From contig NC_092370.1 of NCBI RefSeq assembly GCF_030028105.1, positions 94,818,969-94,882,968 of the forward strand: DNA of 64,000 nt. The letters run 5' to 3'. Made by a program: the position numbers and the translations under genes. The notes under the pieces were generated by a model. The model worked only from the letters and a program-made list of their open reading frames with translations. It was not told where the DNA came from and ran no database searches. Origin of the DNA: Mobula birostris. Lineage: Eukaryota. Shown here piece by piece: positions 38,401 through 50,550 of the stretch. Every line of letters starts with the position of its first letter. Within the stretch, counting starts at the first letter, position 1.

Positions 38401-39095
38401 ACCTAGTTATTTTTTGTGCAGTCGAACACATCTATCTTTCCAATGCAGCCAGCCATTACTGTTTTTTTTAAAATTTATAATAATTATCACCTGGTACACA
38501 CTGTTTATGAACCCATTAATCCATTTTCTGACTTTTTTTTTAAAAACTTGACTGCCTCTGCCCCTTCCTGAAGTACATACTGCACTAGTTTTTTACTCAA
38601 CCGTTTCTCATTTAGTTTTAACTAGAACATCTTGCTGCACTTCAATAGGTAGTTAGTCAGCTCGAGTTTGTTTAAAACTTGCTTGTTGCCATTGTTATAT
38701 TTTATAACTCCAAATTATCAAACTCATTGAAACAAAGCCAGGAGATGCACGCCTTAATTTAATTTTACTTTTAGCGAGGCACACGTGTATGACGTGGTGG
38801 CGTAAAGTAAGCCATTCATGTACTTCTGACATATAACCCACAATGAAGTATATAAACAAAGAATGCTTTTCAAACAATATATTTACAATACTACACAAAT
38901 ATTAAATACACAACACCACCCTTCCACTTCCTCATCCAAGTCACTTATAAAAATCACAAAGAGCAGGGGCCCCAGAAGAGAATCCTGTGGAACATCACTG
39001 GTCACATACCATCAGGCAGAATTTGCTCCATCTACTACCACCCACTGCTTTTTGAAGGCAAGCCAATTCCAAAACCACACTGCCAAGTTTCCCTC
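35465..39095 (-). mobile_element. Decayed CR1 fragment hosting a Gypsy insertion
   Basis: CR1 tail at about 35465; RT sequence ..GTACTAACCTACA | CCACCCTTCCACTTCCTCATCC continues across 36235-38915. Confidence 0.8.
36235..38915 (-). mobile_element. Heavily deleted Ty3/Gypsy element, same family as 8370-16952
   Basis: LTRs 36235-36478 and 38693-38915; decayed PBS TGGCAACAAG; gag SVLLRAIGG..ETKPLLIADVFRFH; RT RICGDFKVTINQVLKVD..VDLAKAYLQMEL; PPT AAGCAGGGAAGAG. Confidence 0.88.
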
Positions 39096-39756
39096 ATTCT
39101 GCCTCTGGTTCTTTTGCTGACCATCCTACATTTTCATATTTGGTTACAAAACTTTTTGCAACTGGTAAAAGAACTTGCCTCATTTTTCAATATCCTCAAG
39201 ATACTGAATTGATTCAAGTTTGCCCGTCACCTCCCCTGTTCCAAGAGGTTCAACAACATTTTCTCCATTTCCTTAAATTGACTGAATCATCATCCCTGCT
39301 ACTTTGTTTACTGTTTTTCACTATTTGTGCAATTTGTCTTTTGTAAATTGGATAAGCGGCAGTCTTGTGTGTGTGTGTGTTTAATGAATTCTATTGTGTT
39401 TCTTTATTTTGTGTGTGCCTGAAATAAGATGAATCTGATGGCTATATGAATGATATACGTACTTTGATAAATCATTTGAACTTTGGTATCATTTTAGTGA
39501 CTCTCCTAAACATTGTCTCAAAGAACTTAACATTTATCCATTCTCAGAAATGGCCACAATGGACCAGCAGAGGCTCATTGTGCTCTGTGATGATTTAGAG
39601 TAACTTTCTTGCTTTTGTAGTGTTTTAATCCAAGTAGAAAACTAAAATTTGTCTCCATAATAGACTTCTCCACATTCCTGCCAACTTCAAAGATGTATGT
39701 ATACATATCCCCAGGATTGCCCTTTTCTGAATGCATTCTAAAATTGTTTATAAAAG

Positions 39757-42700
39757 CATAAGACCACAAGGCATAGGAGCAGAATTAGGCCATTTGGCCC
39801 ATTGAGTCTGCGGCACCATTCATTCACGGCTGATCTTTTTTTGTCCTCCTCAGTCCCACTCCCCGGCATTCCCCCTGTAGCCTTTGATGCCGTGGCCAAT
39901 CAAGAAGCTATCAATTTCTCCCTTAAATACATCCAACAACCTGGCCTCCACAGGTGCCTGTGGTAACAAATTCCACAAATTCAGCACTCTCTGGCTAAAG
40001 TAATTTCTCTGCATCCGTTTTAAATAGATGCCCCTCTATTCTGAGGCTGTGCCCTCTTGTCTTAGACTCCCCTACCATGGGAAACGTCCTTTCCACATCT
40101 ACTTTGTCTAGGCCTTTCAACATAAAAAATGTTTCAATGAGATCTTCCCTCACCCTTCTAAATTCCAACGATTACATGCCTAGAGCCATCAAACATTCCT
40201 CATATGGTAACCCTATCATTCCCAGAACCATCCTTTTTGAACCTCCTCTGAGTACTCTCCAATACCAGCACATCTTTTCTTAGATAAGGAGCCCAAAGTT
40301 ATTCACCATACCCAAAGCCAGGCCTCACCCATACCTTATAAAGCCTCAGCATCACATCCCTGCTTATATTCTAGACCTCTTGAAATGAATGGTAACATTG
40401 CATTTGCCTTCCTCACCACTGACTCAACCTGCAAGTTAACCTTTACGGTGTTCTGCACAAGGACTCCCACGTCCCTTTGCATCTCAGATTTTTTGGATTT
40501 TCTCCCTGTTTAGAAAATAGTCTACACATTTATTTTTTTTAAACCAAAATGCATGACCATCCATTTTCCAACATTGTATTTCATTGCCCATTCTCCTAAT
40601 CAGTTTAAGTCCTTTGGCAGCCTTTCTGTTTCCTCAACACTACCTGCCCCTCCACCAATCTTCGTATCATCTGCAAACTTGGCAACAAAGCCATTTATTC
40701 CATTATCTAAATCATTGATATAAAGCATAAAAGGAAGCAGTCCCAACACCACTAGTTACCGGCAGCCAACCAGAAAAGGATCTTTTTATTCCCACTCACT
40801 GCCTCCTACCAATCAGCCAATGCTCTAACCATGCCAGTAACTTCCTGTAATACCATGGGCTCTTAGCTTCGTAAACAGTCTTGTGTGGCACCTTGTCAAA
40901 GGCATTCTGAAAATCCAAATATACAACATCCACTGCATCCACTTTACCTATCGTACTTGTAATCTCAAGGAATTCCAAAAGGTTCATTAGGCAAGATTTT
41001 CCCTTGAGGAAACCATGCTAACTTTGTCCTATCTTGTCCTGTGTCACCAAGTACTCTATAACCTCATCCTTAATAATTGACTCCAACATCTTCCCAACCA
41101 CTGAGGTCAAGCTAACTGGTCTATAATTTCCTTTCAACACACAAAAATTGCTGGTGAATGCAGCAGACCAGGCAGCATCTATAAGGAAGGGTCTCGGCCC
41201 AAAACTTTGACTGTACTTCTTCCTATAGATGCTGCCTGGCCTGCTGCGTTCACCAGCATTTTTTGTGTGTGTTGCTTGAATTTCCAGCATCTGCAGATTT
41301 CCTTGTATTTGCGTTTATAATTTCCTTTCTGCTGCCTTCCTCCTTTCTTAAATAGTGGAAGGACATTTGCAATTTTCCAGTCTGCCTGGACCATGCCAGA
41401 GTCCAATCATTCTTGAAAGATCAATATTAATACCTCAACAATCTCCACTGCTACCTTTTGCAGAACCTTAGGATGCAGTTCATCTGGTCTGGGTGACTTG
41501 GGTACCTTGAGGTCTTACAGCTTTTTGAGCACCTTCTCCCCTTGCATTAGTAACTGCACCCACATCTCTTACTTCACACACTACAGCATCAGGCATACTG
41601 CTAGTGTCATCCACAGTGAAGACTGATGCAAAATACCTATTTATTAATCTGCCTCCTTCTTGTCCCCCGTTATTATTTCTCTGGCCTCTTTTTTTAGTGG
41701 TCCTATATCCACTCATCTCTTATTTTTATATACTTGAAAAACCTTTTTCTATCCATTTTGATATAGTTTGCTTTCATATTTCATCTTTTTCCCTAATGAT
41801 TCTTTTAGCTATTTTCTGTAGATTTTTAAAAGCTTCCTTGTCCTCTACATTCCAAGCCAAATTTTGTTCTGTTGTATGCCCTCTCCTTTGCTTTTACATT
41901 AGTTTTGACTTCCCTTTTCAGTCACGGTTGTACTATTTTGCAATTTGTGTATTTCGTTGTTTTTGGAATATATCTGTCCTGCACCTTCCTCATTTTTCCC
42001 AGAAACTCAAGCCACTGCTGCTCTGCTGTCATCCCTGCCAGCATCTCCTTCCAGTTTACTTTGTCCAACTCCTGTCCAACTCCTCTCTCATACCACTGTA
42101 ATTTCATTTATTCCAATGTAATACTGCAACATCAGACTTTACTTTCTCCATATAAAATTTCAAGTTGAACTCAATTATGTTATGATCACTGTCTCCTAAG
42201 GGTTTCTTTACCTTAAGCTTCCTAATTGCCTCCAGTTCATTACATAGCACCCAATTTAGCTGATTCCCTAGTAGGCTCAATGACAAACTGCTCTAAAATT
42301 CTATCTTGTAGGCATTCAACTAATTCACTCTCTTAAGATGCATTACCAACCTAATTTTCTCAATCTACCTTCATGTTAACATCTCGCATGACCATCATAA
42401 CGTTGCCCTTTCGACACGCCTTTTCTCTTTCCCATTGTAATCTGTAGTCCTCATCCCAGCTACAGTTTGGAGGCCTGTATATAACTGCCGTCAGAGTCCT
42501 TCCACCTTGCAGTTTCTTAACTCAACCCACATAGGTTCAATATCTTCTGATCCTATGCCACATCTTTCCACTGATTTGATGCTATTCTTTGCCAGTAGTG
42601 CCACGCCACCCCCTCTGGCTACCTTCCTATTCCTCTGATACAATGTGTAACTTTCAGCTCCCAACTACAACCATCTTTCAGCCACAATTCAGTGATGGCA

Positions 42701-43880
42701 TCATCAAACCTGACAATCTGCAAAAGTGCACCAAGATCATCCACTTTATTCCTTATATACTGTGCATTGAGATATAACACTGAGTATTGTTCTTGCTACC
42801 CTATATGATTCTGCATCCCTAATTCACTGATACTCACCCTGCTGGATGTAATTTTGTCCTATCATCTGCCTGCCCTTCCTGACAGTCTGATTACATGCTA
42901 CCTTTGCTTCTTTTTTCAAAACAAAACCATCCCTCCTATTCTGAATCCTTTCACTCTGGTTCCCATCCCCCTGCCAAATTAGCTTAATCTCTTCCCAACA
43001 GCTGTAACAAACCTCCCTGTGAGAGCATTGTTCCCCTCAGATTCAGGTGCAAATCCTTTTGTACAGGTCATACCTCCCCCAGAAGAGGCCCCAATGATTC
43101 AACAACCCAAAGCCCTGCCCCAGCACCAGCTTCTCAGCCGCACATTAATCTGCCAAATCTTCCTGTTTCTACCCTCATTTGGCAAGTGGCATAGGCGGCA
43201 AACCAGAAGTGTCTACCCTGGAGGTCCTGCTTCTCAGATTTATGTCTAGCTCTTTAAATTCTCTGTTCAGAACCTCATTGTTTTTCCTTCCCATGTCATT
43301 GGTACCAATATGTACCAAGACATCTGGTTGGTCTCCCTCCCTCTCCAAAATGCTGTGGACATGATCTGAGGCATATCTGACCCTGGTATCTGGGAGGCAG
43401 TATACCATCTGGGTGTCCCATTCACGTCCACAGAGTCTTTTGCCTGTTCCTCTAACTATTGAGTCTCCTATCACGACTGTTCCCCTCTTCTCCCTCTTTC
43501 TCTTTGGTACCACAGACCCATGCTCAATTCCAGTAACCTGGTCTCCATGGCATTCCCCAGGAGGTCTTCCGCCACAACAATATCCAAAACAGTATACTTA
43601 TTATTGAGGGGAATGGCCACAGAAGTGCTCTGCACTAACTGCCTATTCACCTTCCCTTTCCTTCTCCTGACAGTCACCCAACTACCCGCTTCCTGCATCT
43701 TAGGAGTGACTACTTCCCTGTAACTCTGACTGATGATCTCCTCACACACCCATACAAGCTGATGGTCTTTGAAGGAGCTGCAGCTGGATGCACTTCATGC
43801 AGATATAGTTCCCTGGGAGACCCTGGGTCTCCCAAGACTCCCAACATCTAGCACGAATAACACACAATGGCCATTATATT
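39757..43880 (-). mobile_element. Near full-length decayed CR1 LINE
   Basis: ORF1 N-terminal CxxC..CxxC (CYSC, CMKC), VIGDSIVRG, HIGTNDMG. ORF2 GDSDHN, NYRPVSLTS, DFQNAFDKVPH. (CATAAGAC)n tail on plus reading. Confidence 0.93.
41136..41315 (+). mobile_element. Mini Penelope insertion with inverted 5' copy and 14-bp TSD
   Basis: TATAATTTCCTTTC at 41122-41135 and 41316-41329; about 41136-41189 is the reverse complement of about 41217-41273. Confidence 0.9.
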
Positions 43881-43902
43881 GGCTTTTCTTATTCTACTGA
43901 TT

Positions 43903-46056
43903 ATAAGACCATAAAATACAGGAGCAGAATTGGGCTATTTGAGCTATTGAGTCCACTCCGCCATTCCATCATGGCTGATCCAGCTTTCCTGTCGGCCCCA
44001 ATCTCCTGCCTGCTCCCCGTATCCCTTCATGTCTTGACCAATCAAGAATTTATCAATCTCTGCCTTAAATATACATAAAGGCATGGCATTCACAGCTGCT
44101 TGTGGTAAAGAATTACAGAGATTCACTGCTCTCTAACTAAAGAAAATCCTCATCTCCATTCTAAAAGGATGACTCTCTGTTCTGAGGCCGTGTCCTCTGG
44201 TCTTAGACTCTCCCACAATCAGAAACATCCTCTCTACATCCTCTATCAAGGCCTTTCAGCATTTGAGAGGTTTCAATGAGGTCACCACTCATTCTTCTGA
44301 ATTCCAGTGAATACAGGTCCAGAGCCATCAAGCACTCTTCATATGACAAGCCCTTCAGTCCTGGAATCATTTGGTGAAACTTCTTTGAACTTTCTCCAGT
44401 TTCAGCACATCCTTTCTACGGTGCCCCAAACTGCTCACAATACTGCAAGTGAGTCCTCACCAGTGCTTTATAAAGTCTCAGTATTACATCCTTGCTTTTA
44501 TATTCTAGTCCTCTTGAAATAAATGCAAACATTGCATTTGCCTTACTCACCAGAGACTCAACCTGCAAATTAACTTTTAGGGAATCCTGCAAAAGGACTC
44601 CTAAGTCCCTTGGCACCTCAGAGTTTTGTGTTTTCTCTCCATTGAGAAAACAGTCAACCCTTTCATTTTTTCCTCTCAAAGTGCTTGAATGACTGTACAC
44701 TTCCCAACATTGTGTTCCATCTGTCACTTCTTTGCCCATTCTCCTAATCTGTCTATGTCCTTCTGTAACCTCTCTACTTCTTCAAAGCTACCTGCCCCTC
44801 CACCTACCACCATATCATCTGCAAATTTTGCAACCAAGCCTTCAATTCCATCAGCCAAATCATCGACATATAATGTAAAAAGAATTGGTCTCACATAGAC
44901 CTCTTGTGGAACACCACTGGTCATTGGCAGCCAACCAGAAAAGGCTCCCGTTATTCCCATTCTTTGCCTCCTGTCAATCAGCCTCTGTTTTATCCATGCT
45001 TGAATCTTTCCTGTAATACCATGGACTCATAGCTTGTTAAGCAGCCTCATGTTGGGCATCTTGTCAAGGTCCTTCTAAAAATCCAAGTACACAACATCAA
45101 CCGATTCTAAGTAAGAGAAAATCTGCAGATGCTGGAAATCCAAGCAACACACGCAAAATGCTGGAAGAACTTAGCAGGCCAGGCAACATGGAAAAAAGTA
45201 TATTTGATGTTTCAGGCTGAGACCCTTCGGCAGACGGTCAGCCGATTCTCCTTTGTCCAACCTTCTTGTTAATTCCAATAGATTTTTCAGGAATGATTTT
45301 CCCTTGAAGAAACCATGTTGACTACAGCCCATTTTATCATGTACCTCCAGTACACTGACACCTCATCCATAATAATTGATTCCAACATCTTCCCAAACAC
45401 TGAGGTCAGACTAACTGGCCAATAGATTCCTATCCTCTGCCTCTCTCCCTTCTTATAGAGCTAAGTGACATTTGTGATTTTCCAGTCTTCCAGAACCATT
45501 CCAGCTTATAGTGATTCTTGAAAGATCTTTACTAATGCCTCCACAATCTCTCCAGCCACCTCTTTCAGAACTCTGGGGTATACACAACCTGGTCCAGGCA
45601 AGTTATCTACCTTCAGGCCTTTCAGTTTCCTAAGAACCATCTATCTAGTTATGGTAGCTTCACATACTTCATGACCCCTGACATCTGAAACTTCCATCAT
45701 ACTGCTAGTATCTTCCACGGTGAAAACAGATGCAAAATACCTATTCAGTTTGACTGCTATTTCCCCATTCCCCATTACTATCTCCCCAGCATCGTTCTCC
45801 AATAGTCTGATACCCACTCTTGCCTCTCTTTTACACTATTTATCTGAAGGAATTTCTGGTATCCTTTTTAATATTATTGGCTAACTTACTTTCCTATTCC
45901 ATCTTTACCTTCTTAACTACTTTTTTTTTAGTTGCCTTCTGTTGGTTTTTAAAAGTTTCCCAACCCTCTAACTTCCCACCATTTTTGCTCTATTGTATTC
46001 CCTCTCTTTGGCTTTTACATTGGCTTTGATTTCTCTTGTTAGCTATGATTCTGTCT
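43903..46056 (-). mobile_element. CR1 ORF2 3' two-thirds
   Basis: SGVPQE..VAKFADD..EWAKK; LRLYKALVRTHLQYCEQF; tail at about 43905. Confidence 0.9.
45109..45237 (-). mobile_element. Mini Penelope terminal-repeat insertion in CR1
   Basis: TSD TCAACCGATTCT (45097-45108) / TCAGCCGATTCT (45238-45249); hammerhead-like remnant. Confidence 0.85.
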
Positions 46057-46063
46057 AATAATA

Positions 46064-48715
46064 ATTAGAACATATAACTTACATTGTGCCAAACCAGCCA
46101 AAAAGTAAATCAAAAACACCAAAACATGAATCCCTCCTCCCTACACCTGTTCATGCCCCTCATCTTCCTTACATCCATATGCCTATCCAAAGTCTCTTAA
46201 AACCCTCTCATGTATTTGCCTTTACTGCCATACCAGGCAGCGTATTCCAGGTATCCCCCCTTGAACCTGCTTTTTTTTGGTGGACGAATTGTAGGTGCTC
46301 AGTGAAACGGTCTCCCAAACTATGTCGACTTTCACCGATGCACAGGATGGAGCACCGGATACAAAAGATGACCCCAACAGACTCAGAGTTGAAGTGTCAC
46401 CCAATCTGGAAGGACTGTTTAGAGCTGTGAATGGTAGTGAGGGCAAAAGTGTAGGGGTGGTGTAGCACTTGTTCCACTTGCAAGGTTAGGTGCCAGGAGG
46501 GAGGTCAGTGAGGAGGGATGAATGGATAAGGGATTCACGTAGGGAGTGACCCCTGTGCAAAGCAGAAAGTTGGGGGGGGTGGGGAAGAGAGGGAAAGAAA
46601 GATGTACTTGGTGTGGATGTGGCAGAAGTTACAGAGGATTATGTGTTGGATGTGGAGTCTGGTAGGGTGGTAGCTGAGGACGAGAAGAACCCTATCACTG
46701 GTGGGGTGGTGGGAGGATGAGGTGAGGGCAGACAAGCGCAAAATGGAAAAGATGAGGTTGAGGGTAACATTGATGGTGAAGGAAGGGAAGCCCTTTCCTT
46801 TGAAGGAGGAGGATATCTCCTTAATTCTGGAATGAAAAGCCTCATCCTGAGAGCAGATGCCGCAGAGACGGAGGAATTAAGAGAAGGGGATGGCATTTTT
46901 ACCAGTAATAGGGTGGAAAGAGGTATAGTCCAGGTAGCTGTGAGAGTCAGTGGGTATATAATAGACATCAATAGGTAAGTTATCTCCAGAGATAGAGACA
47001 GAGAGATTGAGAAAGGGGAGGGAGGTGTCAAAAATGGACCAGGTAAATTTTAGGGCAGGGTGGAAGTTGGAGGCAAAGTTGATGAAGTCAACAAGCTTTG
47101 CATGTGTGCAGGAAGCAGCACCAATGCAGTCATTGATGTAGCATAGGAGTATGCTACACCGAGCATCTACGCTCTGTCCGTTTAAAAAGTGGGATCTCCG
47201 AGTGGCCATCCATTTGAATTCCACTTCACATTCCCACTCCCACATGTCACTCCATGGCCTCCTCTGCTGTCACGATGAGGCCACACTCAGGTTGGAGGAG
47301 CAACACCTTACATTCCGTCTGGGAAGCCTCCAACCTGATGGCATGAACATCGATTTCTCGAACTTCCAGTAATGCCCCCCACCCACCTTCACCATTCCCT
47401 ATCCCCCTTTCCCTATCCCACCTTAACTCCTTGCCTGCCCATTGCCTCCCTCTGGTGCTCCTTCACCTTTTCTTTCTTCCATGGCCTTCTGTCCTCTCCT
47501 ATTAGATTCCCCCTTCTGCAGCCCTGTATTTCTCTCAACGAACTTCTGAGCCCTTTACTTCATCCCTCCCCCCTCACCCCCCCTCCCCCGGTTTCACCTA
47601 TCAACTGTGTTTCTCCCTCCCCACCCCCCACCTCCTAACTCTGACTCCTTATCTCTTTTTCTCCAGTCCTGATGAAGGACCTCAGCCTGAACTCTTTTCC
47701 ATAGATACTCCCTGGCCTGCTGAGTTCCTCCAGCATTTTGTGTGGCAACTTGGATCCGAAGATCTCTGCTCACCAACACTATTAAAGATCTTGCCCTTGC
47801 ATTTGCCCTACTGAGGTGCAACATCTCACATTTATCTGGGTTAAACTCCATCTCCCATTTCTCAGCCCATATCTGCAACTGAGCTACATCATGCTGTATT
47901 CTTTCCCAGTCTTCTACACTTTCCACAACTCCACCAATCTTGGTATCATCCATAAATTTATCAACTCACCCATCTACACTTTCATCCTGGTCATTTATAT
48001 GCATCATTAACTGCAGAGGTCCAAGAACTCCACTAATTACAGACCTCCAGCTCGGACAAGTCCCTTCAACCACTACTGTCTTCTATGTGGAAGCCAGTTC
48101 TGAATCCAAGCAGCCAATTTGCCCCATGCATCTTAAGCTTCTGAATTAGCCTCCGATGAGGGATTTTGTGAAATGTCTTTCTAAAATCCATGTAGAAAAC
48201 ATCCACTGCCCTACTCTCATCAATCTCTCTCTCATCACCTTGTCAAAAAACTAGATCAAGTTGATATGGCACAACCTGCCATGCAGAAAGCCATGCTTGT
48301 TTTCCCTAATTAGGCTCTAGTTTTCCAAGTGCTCATATATCCTATCCCTAATAATTTTCTCCAGCAATTTCCCTACAACTGATATGAGACTCACAGTCTA
48401 TAGTTCCCAGGACTTTCCCTTGTTCCATTCTTAGAGGTACATTATCCACTTGTCAGTCCTCTGAGACCTCGCCTATGGCTAGAGAGGACACGAAGATACT
48501 GGTCATAGGCCCAGCAATCTCGTCTCTTACCTCCTTCAATACCCTGGGGTAAATCCCATCAGGTCCTGGGGACTTATCCACCTTAATACACATTAGGAGG
48601 CCCAGCACTTCTTCCTCCTTGACTTTTAAATGGCCTAGCATATTTATACACTCAGGTCTGATCGCCTGGTGCTCCGTATCCATTTCCTTCGTAAATTCTA
48701 ATATTCCCAACAGCT
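46064..48715 (-). mobile_element. CR1 fragment interrupted by Penelope, with intervening CR1 sequence apparently lost
   Basis: CR1 3' end at 46064-46256; RT DDTKIGGVV..EKWEMEFNPDKC and DKSPGPDGIYPRVLKE at 47750-48715. Confidence 0.8.
46260..47750. mobile_element. Penelope-like element with inverted 5' half
   Basis: 46260-47149 minus: CYINDCIGAAS..NFHPALKFTW through GIY-YIG. 47159-47750 plus: EHLRSV..RLEEQHLTFRLGSLQPDGMNIDFSNF* then terminal repeat. Confidence 0.88.
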
Positions 48716-48734
48716 TACCCAAGACTCTACCATT

Positions 48735-48935
48735 CACTCATACACCTGGTACAATTTAACAGAGGCCTATTAACCTACCAACCTGCCTATCTTTAGATGT
48801 GGAAGGAAGCCAGAGCAATTGGAGCAACCCCATATAGTCACTGGGAGAATGAAAGTTCCACACAAATACCAGAGGGCAGGAATGAGCCTGGATTCACAAA
48901 GCTGTGAAGCAGTGATTCTATTAGTTGAGCCATTG
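48735..48935 (-). mobile_element. V-SINE-like element
   Basis: TCTTTAGATGTGGAAGGAAGCCAGAGCA..GTCACTGGGAGAATG..CCACACA core on plus reading. Confidence 0.6.
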
Positions 48936-49357
48936 TTCTTCTTGGCTATGTGAGGGATTCAATTAATTTTTATCTTCTTATGTAGACAAACTTCTGAGCA
49001 TCAACTGATGGCAGTCCCACACTGATCTGCATACATCTTCTGTCATGGTGCTGTTATACCTTCTCTTGCTGACTATTGAAGTTGATATATGATGGGAAAG
49101 ATCTTAGATTGATTATGGGAGTTGTTCACAATCATTTCTGGGCCTAGTACAATCCCAGCCATAACTCACTTGCTTCTTTCTTTGAGACTTGGCATCGATA
49201 AGTGATTTCAAGTTTGGCTGGGATGAGTATAAATTGGCCGAATAAGATGCTAGTGTGATGGAAAACTAACTGAATTTCCCATTGACTTATCGGATTTCGA
49301 TATTGCTGCCAGATAAGGTGATGATGCGCCAGAGTGAGTTAGGTTGCCTGCTGAATT

Positions 49358-50550
49358 TGTCACAATGGGGCATTGGGAACAGACCCAAATGCAAGACGCA
49401 GACGCTGAAGTACAAGGAACAGGACTTGACTAGAGTAGGGACATGACAGGATACAGACCAGGAGCCGGACAAGAACGAAGACTTGGGCTAGGGAAAGTCT
49501 GACCAGGACTAGAAACCATGGACCAGGAGGTAAGGCTTCGACTCCGAGCCCGAGACTGGACAAGGACAGAGAACCTGGGACTTACCTCGGGCTCGGACCC
49601 CAGAACCAGGCAAGGACATGTCATGGCTTCAGGACAGGACATGGCTGGGGTCTAGAGGCCTGAGCTTGGCTGCCAGCTGGGGCCTGGGATCTCAAGCTTG
49701 GCTGCTGGTTGATAACTCAGAGGCTGGAACTCAGAGACAGACTGGGAACTGTACATTAACATAGAGCCAGGACTTATCCTTCGAAAAGCCAGGACTCATC
49801 TTTAACACGACACCAACATGAAACAGGACAGTACATAGACAGAGCCAGGATTCAACTTCTCCACAGCAAGGTGGGACAGGACCATCCATCACATAACGGC
49901 AGAATGGCTAGAATTACCCAACAGAGGCAAGGACAAGACAGATACCCCACAGGGCAATGGCAAAACAGCCTGATTTACCCCACAGAGGCAAGGACAAGAC
50001 AAGATCCCCCCCACAGGGCAACAGCAGAACAGCCTGAATTACCCCACAGAGGTGAGGACAAGACCCCCCCCACAGGGCAACAGCAGAATGGCCTGACTTA
50101 CCCCACAGAGGCAAGGGCAAGAAGAAACAACACCAAAGAACAACAGACAGTTCCATCTCTGCTCCAGTGTAGCTCTTAGTTTGGCCAGCAACCTCAGCTG
50201 GCTACAGAAACAGCCAGATCCCTACCTAGCTCAGAGTAGCTGGCAGCCACTCAGCTGGCCTGGGAAACAGCCAAATCCATACTACAAAGATAGCTCCAAC
50301 TACTGATAGCAAGGCTCCATGAGGGGATGGTATGATTCCCCAACACAGCCTAAAGATAGCAATAGGATGCTTCCAGGAGATCTTCCAACAGCTCACACTC
50401 AACCCCAAGGCTACTTATATTCCAAGCCTCAAGATGGGAATCAGGTGTCTATGATTAACTCAAACAAGGGACAGCTGGAAGACCCGGAGACCTGAGTCCA
50501 CGGACCGGACCATGAACCGGAATACGGACTTCACGGACTGGACCATGACA
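49358..50550 (-). mobile_element. 1193-bp solo LTR, sushi/chromovirus-like termini
   Basis: TGTCA..TGACA termini; perfect 5-bp TSD GAATT (49353-49357, 50551-50555); minus-strand start TGTCATGGTCC matches the start of the LTRs of 56948-61775 apart from one terminal base. Confidence 0.88.
49895..50122. repeat. About 60-bp minisatellite (about 3.5 copies) inside the solo LTR
   Basis: Repeated TTACCCCACAGAGGCAAGGACAAGAC..CCCCACAGGGCAACAGCAGAACAGCCTGA. Confidence 0.9.

Noticed and set aside
41018-41406. ORFs with apparently novel N- or C-termini
   Set aside because: Artefacts of the mini-Penelope insertion splitting the CR1 GNYRPVSLTS motif.
49895-50122. CRISPR-like repeat array
   Set aside because: Units are contiguous tandem copies with no unique spacers, inside an LTR in eukaryotic DNA with no cas genes.
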